Both the position numbers and the translations under genes were made by a program. 64,000 nucleotides of DNA from a bacterium. GTDB lineage: Bacteria > UBA8248 > JACPRG01 > G963555815. The notes under the pieces were generated by a model. The model was not told the origin of the DNA. It worked only from the letters and a program-made list of their open reading frames with translations, and made no database searches. Below are positions 26,923 to 37,184 of this stretch, in pieces. The DNA is taken from contig OZ244653.1 of assembly GCA_965218795.1 (NCBI GenBank), positions 4,736,001 to 4,800,000 of the forward strand, given 5' to 3'. How positions within the stretch are numbered: the first letter of the stretch is position 1; each line of letters starts with the position of its first letter.

Positions 26923-28827
26923 CTATTTCTCGCGGAGGACCCGATTATCACCGACGCGCATTGTGAAGCGGGTCGAATCGAGGTGCTCCAGTAGCGGGAT
27001 GGCATGTTTCCGCGTAATGCCCAGCAAATCTCGAAATCCCGAGGCGGAGATCTTTCCCTTCTCTTTAAGGTAGGTCGTCAGGGACTCTTTGATCCCTTTC
27101 AGGCTCTCCTGATGATAAAGCAGGTCGCCCTTGACGCGAATCAAAACCCCTTCGCCGACCAGAACCTGAATCACTTCCCGATCTTTGTTGGCTGTGATAG
27201 CCAGTTGCTCACAAGCTTCGTCCAGCCGCGGGGGCTGATAGCCGGCCTTTCGGTATAATTGGTCGATTTTGTTTCGCAGTTGGCTCTGATCGGCTCCCAG
27301 GCTGACCTCGTGACTCGTGAGCCTGACGACCTCCCCTTCGGCGACCACTCCCGCCTCGCCGATCTTTTTCAGTAGGGTGCCGAAGACCTTTTCCGGCACG
27401 TCCGGAAGGCGGCTTCGGAGTTCTTCCTTCGGAATCCCCGGGCGCAGGGGGTTCTCGCGATGGAAATGTTCAAGGAGGGCATGGACACTCGATTGCAATG
27501 CGTGCATGGCCTCCTGGTGGACCGCCCAGCCCGACTGGGCATCGGCCCAGATGACAGTCCCTTCCTTCTCGAATTCGGCAAGCGCATCCATCAGGCTCTT
27601 TCGGCCGGCTGCGGTTCGCGGGAACAGGTCGGCTGGGGGCATGCCGCGGGGCCCCGCCTCTTTCAGGAAGAGAAGGGTTCGGGCCGCATCATCGGCTTCC
27701 GCCAATGCATCAAACCGCTCTGAAGTCTCCGGCCGCAGTCGGCGATGCTTCGGGGGATGACTGTCCAGAACGTTCCCGCCGCTGATGGTAGTGATGGGCG
27801 AGTAGGAACGGAGGACGTAGCGGTCTTCCGGGCGGACCACAACCGGCCGCTCCAGGCGAAGCTGAACGTATCCGGATTCCCCCGGCTGAAGGCTGCCCGT
27901 CCCGATCAGGGCCACCCGTCCGATGGCCTCGACCGTTCCCTGGTGAAAGCGGATTCGGTCCCGATTCTTGAGAGCCCTCGGCGCATCGGACAGATGTTGC
28001 AGGGTCGCATCGATCATATAAGTGGGCGTCAGGCTCTCTGTCGCGGCAAGAACGTCGCCCCGTTCAACGGTTTCCTTATCCAGCCCTTGGAGATTGATGG
28101 CCGTCCGTTGCCCGGCGGTCGCTTCGTTCACATTCTCGCCGTGCACCTGAATGCCCCGTACCCGGGCGGTGACGTCCTTCGGCTGGAGTACAACCCGTTC
28201 ATCACGGTGAATCCGGCCGGAAAACAATGTCCCCGTCACGACCACGCCGAATCCCCGCATCGAGAATACACGGTCGATGGGAAGCCGAAACGGTCCTTCC
28301 ACGTTCTTGTTCGCAACGTCTCCCGCCCGTTCCGCCAGGGCGGTCCGGATTTCCTCCACGCCCTCACCCGACTGCGAAGAGACCGGGATAATCGGCCTGT
28401 TCTCCAGGAATGAGCCTTTCAGAAATTCGCGTACGTCCTCCGTCACCAACTCCAGCCATTCCCCATCGACGAGATCCATTTTTGTCAAGGCTACGAGGCC
28501 ATCCCGGATCTCGAGCAACCGGCAGATGGCGAGATGTTCACGCGTTTGCGGCATGACCCCCTCGTCGGCGGCCACGACGAGCATGACCATATCGATTCCC
28601 CCTGCCCCTGCCAGCATGTTCCGGACGAAGCGTTCGTGACCAGGCACGTCGACCACCCCGGCCCGAATGTTTCCCGGCAGGTCCAGGGAAGCGAACCCGA
28701 GATCGATCGTGATCCCCCGTTCTTTTTCTTCCTTGAGACGGTCCGTATCCACGCCGGTCAAAGCCCGAACGAGGGCAGTCTTCCCGTGGTCGATATGGCC
28801 GGCAGTGCCCAGGACGACCTGTTTCAA
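26923..28827 (-). CDS. selB: selenocysteine-specific elongation factor
   Basis: [39 protein letters not shown]-terminal winged helices with [15 protein letters not shown]. Confidence 0.98.
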   Translation of the reverse strand: MKQVVLGTAGHIDHGKTALVRALTGVDTDRLKEEKERGITIDLGFASLDLPGNIRAGVVDVPGHERFVRNMLAGAGGIDMVMLVVAADEGVMPQTREHLAICRLLEIRDGLVALTKMDLVDGEWLELVTEDVREFLKGSFLENRPIIPVSSQSGEGVEEIRTALAERAGDVANKNVEGPFRLPIDRVFSMRGFGVVVTGTLFSGRIHRDERVVLQPKDVTARVRGIQVHGENVNEATAGQRTAINLQGLDKETVERGDVLAATESLTPTYMIDATLQHLSDAPRALKNRDRIRFHQGTVEAIGRVALIGTGSLQPGESGYVQLRLERPVVVRPEDRYVLRSYSPITTISGGNVLDSHPPKHRRLRPETSERFDALAEADDAARTLLFLKEAGPRGMPPADLFPRTAAGRKSLMDALAEFEKEGTVIWADAQSGWAVHQEAMHALQSSVHALLEHFHRENPLRPGIPKEELRSRLPDVPEKVFGTLLKKIGEAGVVAEGEVVRLTSHEVSLGADQSQLRNKIDQLYRKAGYQPPRLDEACEQLAITANKDREVIQVLVGEGVLIRVKGDLLYHQESLKGIKESLTTYLKEKGKISASGFRDLLGITRKHAIPLLEHLDSTRFTMRVGDNRVLREK

Positions 28828-28872
28828 TGCAGTCTCCGTCGGCTGTGCAGACTGAAATGGCAGGGAGGGATT

Positions 28873-30309
28873 CTAACCCGTCGGCTCTTCACTCAGGGAT
28901 TCAAGGGCGGCCAGGACGTCACCTTCTTCGTCCGGGAAGACGGTCCGCAAATCCAGGAGCAGAACATCCTCCTGAATCCGACCGATGACGGGCGGATCAA
29001 GGGCCCGGAGTCGCGCTTCCATCTGATCGGGACTCAGATTCGTTGCAGGAGTGGGATTGACGGCAATGAGGGCCGTCGGGATGTCCTGGGTCGGCAGAGT
29101 CCCGCCGCCCGCCCTGGAGCTGCCCTGGACCACACGAGGGCGAAGCCGTTCGACGGCGCGAGAGGAAAGGCGGGACAAGAGACGCTCGGCCCGTTCTCGG
29201 ACGTCCGACTCTGTCGCCGACAGAAAGGCGATGGCCGGGATTCTGTCAGCCACCGATTCCGAATCAAGGTACGCCAGAAGCGTTCCCTCGAGAATCGACA
29301 GGGATAGCTTGTCGAGGCGCAAGGCCCGCATCAACGGATGTGTCTTTGCCGGATCCACGGCATTGCGATTTCCGGCGAAAATCCCCGCCTGGGGACCGCC
29401 GAGGAGTTTATCACCGCTGAACGTGACGAGATCAGCGCCCTGTCCCAGAATGTCTGATGGCGTCTCCTCCTGAATCGTATTCAACTCCCTCAGATGCGTC
29501 AGGCAACCACTTCCCAAGTCCACCATGACCGGGATCTCCCGTTCCTGGCCGAGCCGTGCGAGGTCTCGGACGGTGACCTCCTCCGTAAAACCCACGATAC
29601 GATAGTTGCTTGTGTGGACTTTTAACAGGAGCGCGGTGTTTTCCCCGATGGCGTTGGCAAAGTCCGTCAGACGGGTTTTGTTGGTGGTTCCCACTTCGCG
29701 AAGGATGGCGCTGCTTTGCCGCATCACTTCCGGAATGCGGAATCCTCCCCCAATCTCGACCAATTCACCTCGGGAGACGATGACTTCCTTTCCCGCGGTC
29801 AAGGATGAAAGACAAAGAAGAACGGCGCCGGCATTGTTGTTCACGACTCCAGCGGCTTCAGCGCCAGTCAATCGGCGGATTAAGGACTCAACAGCCGCAT
29901 CCCGTCGACCCCTCTTGCCCCCCTCCAGATCGAATTCCAGGTTGGAATAACCTGCGGCGACCTCGACAGCCTGCCTCAAAATATCGGCCCCCAGGGGAGC
30001 CCGCCCGAGGTTCGTGTGAAGGATCACTCCACTGGCGTTCACCACTTTTCGAAGCTTGGGCGTTACAATTTCCTGAACCCGGGCCCGGGCCTCTTTGGCA
30101 ATGCCTTCCGGGGACACGTCCAACTCATGGGCGTGCGGTGAATCCTGGGCTTCAAGGATGACTTGACGGTAGCGTGCGAGCGTATCGCGCACACAATCAG
30201 TCGCAGTTTCCGCCGGAAGACCGTTCGTCGATTTCCGACGAAGAACCTGGAGAACTTCATCGACGGAAGGCAGCGTTCGCAGCACTTCCTGCCGGTTTTT
30301 CTCTTTCAT
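28873..30309 (-). CDS. selA: L-seryl-tRNA(Sec) selenium transferase
   Basis: NASGVILHTNLGRAP, YSNLEFDL, VNNNAGA, VSRGELVEIGGGFRIP, VHTSNY, FSGDKLLGGPQAG. Confidence 0.98.
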   Translation of the reverse strand: MKEKNRQEVLRTLPSVDEVLQVLRRKSTNGLPAETATDCVRDTLARYRQVILEAQDSPHAHELDVSPEGIAKEARARVQEIVTPKLRKVVNASGVILHTNLGRAPLGADILRQAVEVAAGYSNLEFDLEGGKRGRRDAAVESLIRRLTGAEAAGVVNNNAGAVLLCLSSLTAGKEVIVSRGELVEIGGGFRIPEVMRQSSAILREVGTTNKTRLTDFANAIGENTALLLKVHTSNYRIVGFTEEVTVRDLARLGQEREIPVMVDLGSGCLTHLRELNTIQEETPSDILGQGADLVTFSGDKLLGGPQAGIFAGNRNAVDPAKTHPLMRALRLDKLSLSILEGTLLAYLDSESVADRIPAIAFLSATESDVRERAERLLSRLSSRAVERLRPRVVQGSSRAGGGTLPTQDIPTALIAVNPTPATNLSPDQMEARLRALDPPVIGRIQEDVLLLDLRTVFPDEEGDVLAALESLSEEPTG

Positions 30310-30466
30310 TCAAGCCCGTCCAGAATAGGCGGTAACGCCAAGGCGTATACCCATTCACCGGAAATACCTGAAATCAGAAGCTCTATTCGATTTTCCTACG
30401 CGGGTTGACCGGGTGTCAATCCGGAAGCGCGGACCCATCTGTCCCGGTTCGGCGAGACCCGGGGAA

Positions 30467-30622
30467 TCAAGAAAAGTCCGGGCATGCTTGACCGACATCG
30501 ACCAGGAGCTTGACCACAGTATTCTTGGATGTTCCCATCATACGGGCGGTCGCACGAATGCTGTTGCCTTCTACAAGGCAGGAAAAAATCTGTGTACGTC
30601 TCTCAATCGTTAGCCTATTCAT
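30467..30622 (-). pseudogene. N-terminal HTH stub of an IS1-family-like transposase
   Basis: A 51-aa ORF not in the track: MNRLTIERRTQIFSCLVEGNSIRATARMMGTSKNTVVKLLVDVGQAC, then a stop. The DDE domain is missing. Confidence 0.7.
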
Positions 30623-30646
30623 AATGACCAATTTACATAAGCGATC

Positions 30647-30910
30647 ATGGATTGCCAGAAGATTCTGTTAAATGCAAAACTTTCGCGGGATTTGGTGAAG
30701 GCTTTCCGTAAACGAATGCAGACCATCAGGGCGGCTTTGGACGAGAGAGACTTCTATTTCATGAGAGGTCTTAGGTTTGAGCCGCTGAAAGGAAAACGTG
30801 CTGGGGAATATTCCATGCGTCTGAACGACCAATTCAGACTGATTGTGAAGTTAGAGAAAAGATCAAAGGAAACGATTGTCATCATATGTTCGATTGAGGA
30901 CTACCATTAA
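30647..30910 (+). CDS. higB: HigB-like (RelE/ParE superfamily) toxin
   Basis: VKAFRKRMQTIRAALDERDF...LRFEPLKGKRAGEYSMRLNDQFRLI...IEDYH. The N-terminus may be shortened. Confidence 0.85.
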   Translation: MDCQKILLNAKLSRDLVKAFRKRMQTIRAALDERDFYFMRGLRFEPLKGKRAGEYSMRLNDQFRLIVKLEKRSKETIVIICSIEDYH

Positions 30911-30930
30911 GGAGATGGGGGAGCCAGAGC

Positions 30931-30972
30931 ATGACTAGCTTTAGACTCGCAGAGGTCTTTCCACCTGGTGAG
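30931..30972 (+). pseudogene. higA: HigA-type antitoxin N-terminal fragment, cut by an IS
   Basis: MTSFRLAEVFPPGE directly after higB, ending exactly at the IS end at 30973. Confidence 0.75.
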
Positions 30973-31373
30973 TGAGGTGGTCCCAGAAAATCGGACAGTT
31001 TGCTAAGGTGTATTCCACGGAGGGAGGGATACGCAATGACGACACGACGGCGGTTCACGGGGGAGTTCAAGGCGAAGGTAGCGCTGGAAGCACTGCGCGG
31101 GGACAAGACGGTCCATGAGATCGCGACGCGGCACAAGGTTCATCCGAACACAGGTAAGCGTCTGGAAGCAGCGGGCGGTGGAGGGGATGAAGGAGGTATT
31201 CTCCAAGGGAGCGGAGTCGAGGGGACCACGAGGCGGATATCCGGGACCTGCACGCGAAGATCGGGGAGTTGACAGTGGAGCGGGATTTTTTGTCCAAAGG
31301 GCTCAAGGGGTGAGCCGGGAGGGACGCAGGGCCATGATCCGTCGCGACCATCCCAAGCTCAGCTTGAGCCGTC
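30973..31373 (+). mobile_element. truncated IS3-family element (left end, frameshifted orfA, start of orfB)
   Basis: End TGAGGTGGTCCCAGAAAATCGGACAG. orfA from 31036 (MTTRRRFTGEFKAKVALEAL...) is frameshifted. orfB MIRRDHPKLSLSR is cut by the next IS. Confidence 0.85.
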
Positions 31374-32643
31374 TGACCTGCCCCCACTAACGAGACCACG
31401 TGCTACGTTAGACACGGGACCCTTTGCAGTCCACTCCGGGGAACCGGCGCCAGGGCTTGGGTTCTTGGGAATCTGGCGTCTGGTGCGGGTGGCCGGTAGG
31501 CCAAGGCACTGTGAGGCCGTCGCTGGTTGTACTCCCGCCTCCACCTCTCCACCAGCACCTGGGCCTCTTTCAGGGTCTCGAAGCTCTCCACGTTCAGGAG
31601 CTCATCCCTCAGCTTCCCGTTGAAACTCTCCACATATCCGTTCTCCCAGGGACTCCCTGGCTCGATATACAATGTCCTCACGCCAACCGCCTTGAGCCAG
31701 TGCCTGACCACCCTCGCTGTGAACTCCGACCCGTTATCTGACCGGAGGTATTCAGGGACGCCCCGGCCCACAAACAACTCTGCCAACCGCTCCAGCACAT
31801 CCTGGTGATTCATCTGCCTTTGGACATCAATGGATATACATTCTCGGCTGTACTCATCCAAAATGGTCAGCAGCCGGAAAGCCCTCCCTTCTTGGGTGCG
31901 CTCATGCATGAAGTCATAGCTCCAGACATGGTTCCGATGAGTCGGTCTCAGGCGCACGCAAGAGCCGTCATGGAGCCACAGTCTCCTGCGTTTCGGCTGT
32001 CTGGACGGGACCTTCAGCCCCTCCTGCCTCCAGAGCCTTTCCACGCGCTTGTGGTTCACCTTCCACCCCTCCCAACGAAGCATGGCCGTGATCCTCCGGT
32101 AGCCGTATCGGCCGTACTGACTGGCCAGTTCCACCATCCGGATCACCAGTTGCGCCTCTTCCTTGGGGAACTGCGGGATTCTTCGTTGGGTCGATCTGGC
32201 CTGTCCCAGCACGCGGCAGGCCCGACGCTCGGAGACTCGCTCAGGCCCGAATCGCTCTCTGACCCATACCACGACTCGTCTCCGCTTCGCCGGGCTTAGA
32301 AGTTTCCCGAGGAGACTTCCTTCAGGATCTGGTTGTCCAGGGACAGATCCGCCACCAGCTTCTTCAGCCGGGCATTCTCCTGCTCCAGGGACTTCAGACG
32401 CTTGGCCTGGTCCATCCTCAGACCCCCGTACTCCTTCCTCCACCGGTAGTAGGTTTGCTCCGTCACCCCGATCTGCTTGCACACCTGGCCTACCGTCTTC
32501 CCCTGGGACTGGGCCACCTCCGCCTCTCGCAGCTTGATGATGATCTGCTCGGCCGTAAACCGCTTCCTTGCCATCCTTCCCCTCCTTCCGAAAATCCAGG
32601 AATACTCATTTATAAACTGGACCCGTTTGAAGGGCGCAGGTCA
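31374..32643 (-). mobile_element. apparently intact IS3-family element (IS407-like group), 1270 bp
   Basis: Imperfect terminal IRs TGACCTGCCCCCACTAACGAGACCA / TGACCTGCGCCCTTCAAACGGGTCCA. orfA and orfB overlap with a GGGAAAC slippery site. No target duplication. Confidence 0.93.
31403..32574 (-). CDS. IS3-family transposase OrfAB (orfA 32296-32574; -1 frameshift into the DDE orfB)
   Basis: MARKRFTAEQIIIKLREAE...; orfB YGYRRI, WSYDF, LRSDNGSEF, PGSPWENGYVESFNGKLRDE, RPHSAL. Slippery heptamer at 32302-32308. Confidence 0.92.
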
Positions 32644-33099
32644 GACAATTATTGGTTCGTTCTTCGACATGAGCTTGAACACGTAAAAAGGGGAGATGCC
32701 AAGGGAACAGAAATAACCATGGTGGAACCTGACTCTGATGTTAGGGGAGGAGGCATATTGCCATTGGTTGACATGCCTGAGGAAGAAAAACAAGCCAATC
32801 AGGAAGCTACTGACTTTTGTGTTCCTCAACAAGTACTAAATGATTTTATCGCACGCATAGGTCCAATTTATTCCAGAACGAAGGTTTTGAATTTTGCAAG
32901 CAGAATTGAGGTTCATCCTGGGTTGGTTGTTGGGCAGCTACAAAATCGCGGGGTATTGCCCTATTCACATCTAAGAAGGTTATTGGTAAGGGTGCAGCGT
33001 TTTGTAACAGAAACCACCCTTACAGACGGAATGGGGGCACATGCCTCAATTTCAGCCCGTCAGGGGCTAAAAAAGTGTCCTCTTAACCATCTTGGCTAA
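32644..33099 (+). pseudogene. C-terminal ImmA/IrrE-like metallopeptidase part of the HigA-ImmA antitoxin gene
   Basis: DNYWFVLRHELEH (HExxH), EKQANQEA, FASRIEVHPGLVVGQLQ. Begins exactly at the IS end and is AT-richer than the flanks. Confidence 0.8.
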
Positions 33100-33239
33100 C
33101 GAACAGGTTGATGGTTTCGATGGGCCTTCGGCCCTGGTTTCGATACCCCAGTTGGTATCGTTCGGCCTTGGTCCCCGCTGTGTCTCATTCGATAGGGCGG
33201 ATGACCGTAGATTGGACACAGTGCAGGCCGAGGATATAC

Positions 33240-34808
33240 CTACGATTGGCCGTTCCGTCGACTCACCCAGACGGATGCGCCCGCAAGGACAGCGAGCCAG
33301 ATCCAGCCTAGAATGATGACCGCAGGCCATGGATACCCCCCATAGGGTCTTCATAGATCATCGGGCAAATCCAACCCGATGATTAAGACCAGGATGGCCG
33401 GTACCAGAACCATTACACCAAAATCCCAGCGAAGAGTCAGTCGAATTTTTTTGTGGTGATTGAGATGGTCCCGGACAAATTTCGGTTTGAGAACGTAGCC
33501 GACGAGAACAGCCTCCAAAACGCCAACCACGACCCCCCCATAGTGAGTGACGAATCGATCCACAATATCCAGCCAAAACAGACCGCCCCCGGTCGTGAAG
33601 ACCAGGCTCAGGAGAAACCCGATACCGCACAATATGGATACGGCGCGCCGCCGCTCCATATGAAATTTGTCCGCGAGCGCCGCTACGAATGCCTCGGTCA
33701 ATGAAATGGCCGAGCTCAGGCCCGCAAGGGCCAAGGCCAGAAAGAATATCGCCCCAAAAAGAGGGCGCATGGCCGGGAGTTTGTTAATGGCCTCGGGATA
33801 GGCCACAAAAGCCAATCCTATGCTTTGTTTCACAACCTCGTCCACCGGCTTTCCGCTCACGATGGAGATGTAGCCCAGCGTAGCGAAAATGGCGAATCCG
33901 GCGAACACCGAGAATAAACTGTTGCCCAGAGCGATCATAAGCGCAGAACGTCCGACCGGCTCTCCTTTTGGGAGATAGCTGGCAAAGGCAATCATGATGC
34001 CGAACCCGAGGCTCATGCTGAAGAAGATTTGCGCATAGGCGTCAATCCAGACTTGAGGGCGTCTGAGGACGGCAAAATCAGGGGTGAGGTATGCCCGGAT
34101 GCCGGTGCCGGCGCCTTCCAGCGTCAGGCTCCAGGATACGAGGATTGCGATGAGTAGAATCAGGACAGGAACGAATATTTTGTTGGCCAGCTCAACCCCG
34201 CGACGGAGTTCGCGTGACGTGACCACCCAAGTGATTCCCCAGACCACAACGGTCCCGGCGAGGATGGGCCAGCGAAAACCACCCAGTTCGCCCGGCCCGG
34301 AAGTTTGCCCGAGGAACCCCTGTGCGAAGAATGATCCGGGATCTGAGCCCCAGCCCAGACTGAAGGCATACACAAAGTAGTCGACCGTCCAGCCGATGAC
34401 GACGCAATAGTAGGGATTCACGCCGAACATCCCGATGAACAGCGCCCACCAGCCCACCCACTCCCAGCCTTTGCCCGCTTCGGCGAGGGCGAGGGGTGCG
34501 CTTTTCCGCGTCCGGTGTCCCAAACCGAATTCCAGGAGCAGCAGGGGGATGCCGACGGTGATCAACGCAACCGCATAGGGGATCAGGAAAGCCCCCCCAC
34601 CGTTGCTGTAGGCCATGTAAGGAAAGCGCCAGATGTTACCCAAGCCCACGGCAGACCCCATGGCGGCCAGGATGAAACCTGAACGGCTTCCCCAAACTCC
34701 GCGATTCGGAGGCTCGGTGACTTCTGGCAAGTGGTCTCCCCTTCTATGGTGAAATTTTGATGATTTTATTACGATGCAAGAAGCGACTGACGAATGGTTT
34801 TCAGCCAT
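33240..34808 (-). CDS. sodium-dependent NSS/SNF-family transporter with an in-frame TGA near the C-terminus (probably a pseudogene or truncated)
   Basis: WGSRSGFILAAMGSAVGLGNIWRFPY, GGGAFLIPY, QIFFSMSLGFG, GLAFVAYP. After TGA 33351-33353 the frame continues RPYGGYPWPAVIILGWIWLAVLAGASVWVSRRNGQS to TAG at 33240. The start position is uncertain. Confidence 0.9.
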
Positions 34809-35011
34809 CAGGGCCGGTACCGCGAAATTCCCGGTCCGGATCCCGACTGCGAGGCGTCCCCGCTTCGGGGAGAATCTTGCCGACCCGGTCGGACGTGAAA
34901 TGGCTTACTCCGACGTCGGCCGTATGCGCCTTGGAGAAATCCCCCGGGCCAAACACAACGGCCGGGATTCCGGCAGGAGGAAAGAGTCGGGCGTCGGTTC
35001 CGGCGACGTAG
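34801..35011 (-). pseudogene. C-terminal remnant of an M20-family (ArgE/DapE-like) peptidase
   Basis: GTDARLF..AGIPAVVFGPGDFSKAHTAD. The 5' part is replaced by the IS end at 35012. Confidence 0.75.
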
Positions 35012-36001
35012 TGGATTTGCCCCGTTTTTGTGGACACCTTCAGACTGTGCGGAGGAGGTGTTCAGATGGCGAAAACTCATTCACCCTACGCGCCGGAATA
35101 CCGGCGCCAGATGGTTGAGTTGGTTCGCTCGGGCCGTACGCCCGGAGAGCTGGCCCGGGAGTTCGAGTGTTCCGCTTCGGCGATTCGCAACTGGGTGCGC
35201 CAGGCCGACCGCGACGAGGGCCGTCGTGAGGACGGTCTGACAAGCTCAGAGCTCGAGGAGCTGCGCGGCACGTCCGGGCCATCCACGAGGGCTCTGGTGG
35301 CACCTATGGGGCGCCTCGGGTCCATGCCGAACTCGTGGCCAACGGGCGCCGGGTGAGCCGCAAACGGGTGGCTCGGCTGATGCGCGAGTCGGGCTTGGCC
35401 GGGGTGAGCCGGCGCCGAGGCACGGGTACTACGCGCGTGGACCCGAGCCATCGTGCGGTCCCGGACCGGGTCGAACGCCAGTTCCAGGCCGATGGGCCGG
35501 ACCGAATCTGGGTGGCCGACATCACCTACGTGCCGACTTGGACGGGGTTCGTGTATCTGGCGGTCGTGCTCGACGTGTTCAGCCGCCGGGTGGTGGGATG
35601 GTCCATGACCCACCATCTTCGCACCGAACTGGTGCTCGGGGTCCTAAGCATGGCGTTGGGACAGCGCCGGCCCGAAGGGGTCGTGCATCATTCCGACAAG
35701 GGCTCGCAGTACACTTCGCTTGCCTTCGGCAAACGGTGCCGGGAGATGGGGGTGCTTCCTTCGACCGGCTCGGCCGGCGACTGCTTTGATAACGCCATGG
35801 CCGAGAGCTTCTTCGCCACGCTCATCGTCCGGCTCGAACCGTCCCCGGTGCTTCCCGGAGCAGCGAGCCAAAGGTCAAGACATACCCCCCGAGGGCACCC
35901 TATCTATCGGATAGGGAGAAGACTTTACGTCCACCGGCTTTCGCCCACCGCAGGACTGGTGGCGACAGCCCAAACCCGTCCACTGAAACGGGGTAAATCC
36001 A
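35012..36001 (+). mobile_element. internally deleted IS3-family element
   Basis: IRs TGGATTTGCCCCGTTTTTGTGGAC / TGGATTTACCCCGTTTCAGTGGAC (21/24). orfA from 35066 (MAKTHSPYAPEYRRQMVELVRSG) is joined by a deletion to orfB (WVADITY, HHSDKGSQYTS, DNAMAESFFATL), whose 3' end is disrupted. Confidence 0.9.
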
Positions 36002-37152
36002 GTCGGCGATACGGGTTCGCGGCCTCCTGCACCGAGTCCCGCGCCAGATGGGCATAGCGCGCCGTAGTCTCGACCTGCGTGTGGCCCAACAGCTTTCCGA
36101 TTACCGGCAAACTCTCCCCCAACGGCAGGGCCCTGGACGCGAAGCTGTGACGCAGGTCATGAATCCGGACGTCCTCCAGGCCGGCCCGCGCCCGGATGAC
36201 CTGCCAGGCATCATCGAGGGCGCTTATATGCGTGCCCGGCTTCCGGCCCGGAATGACCCAGGGGTTGCCCTCCATGCGCGGCAGACCGGAAAGAAGCTTC
36301 ACCGCCGACGGCGACAGTGAAACCCACCCTTGCGCCCGTCTTGGCGTCGGGCAGCCTCAATTCGTTCTGATCCAGCGCCACGTCCTCCCAGCGCAGGGTC
36401 AGGATCTCCTTCTTCCGGCACCCGGTCAGCATGAGCAGCCGAAGAGCGGTCACCGCGGATGCCGACGCGCCGCTCCGGGCCTCGACCTCATCCAATACCT
36501 GCCCCAGGCGGGTGAACTCCCCATCGGTCAGGAACCGTTCCCGCTTGCGCGCGGGGTACTTGACGACAGAGCGGCAGGGATTGCATCCCTCCGGAACGAG
36601 TCCCCAGCCCTCGGCCAGCCTGTACATCAGCGACAGGGTGCGGACCACCATGTTCGCAATGGAAGGCGTCTCGCACAGTCGTTGATGCAGAGCCGTGACC
36701 TGCGCGCGTTCGACCGTTGCCAGGGGCAGCCTGCCCAGGGCGGGCACGATATGACGATTCACCACCGTGCGGGTTGACGCTGCGGTACGCGGCTTGTAGC
36801 GCACCGTCGCATGCTCTTCGAGAAACCGCCTCGCAAGCTCGCCCACGGTCGGCCCCCCGGACAGCTTCACCGCCATAGGCTCGGGTACCGGCTCCTCGCC
36901 CGCCTTGACCCGGGCGATGATCAAGGCCGCCCTCTGACGCGCCTGCTCCGCGCCGAGCACCCCGTGCCGGCCCACCGTGACCCGCTTCGGCCCCCCCGGT
37001 CCCCGGGCCTGGGCGATATAGACCTTGCCGCCCGCGGGATAGACCCGCACCCCGAAGCCGGTGAGCTTGTGATCCCAGAACACAGTGTCCTTTTGGACCT
37101 TCAGCTTCTCGACCGTACGGTTCGAGAGTGTCTTGTATTCCAGCTTCGCCAT
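36002..37152 (-). pseudogene. tyrosine recombinase/integrase with N-terminal arm-binding domain (copy 2; frameshift near 36323-36325; IS at the 3' end)
   Basis: FWDHKLTGFGVRV, TGCRKKE, DAKTG, then a frameshift, then HDLRHSFAS, LLGH, ARYAH. Confidence 0.9.
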
Positions 37153-37184
37153 GTCCGGATCCAGCCTCATGCCGCCTCGGTGCT

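Noticed and set aside
30310-30466. Possible tRNA-Sec upstream of selA
   Set aside because: Only a short hairpin (CCCGG...CCGGG); no UCA anticodon arm, T-loop or acceptor stem.
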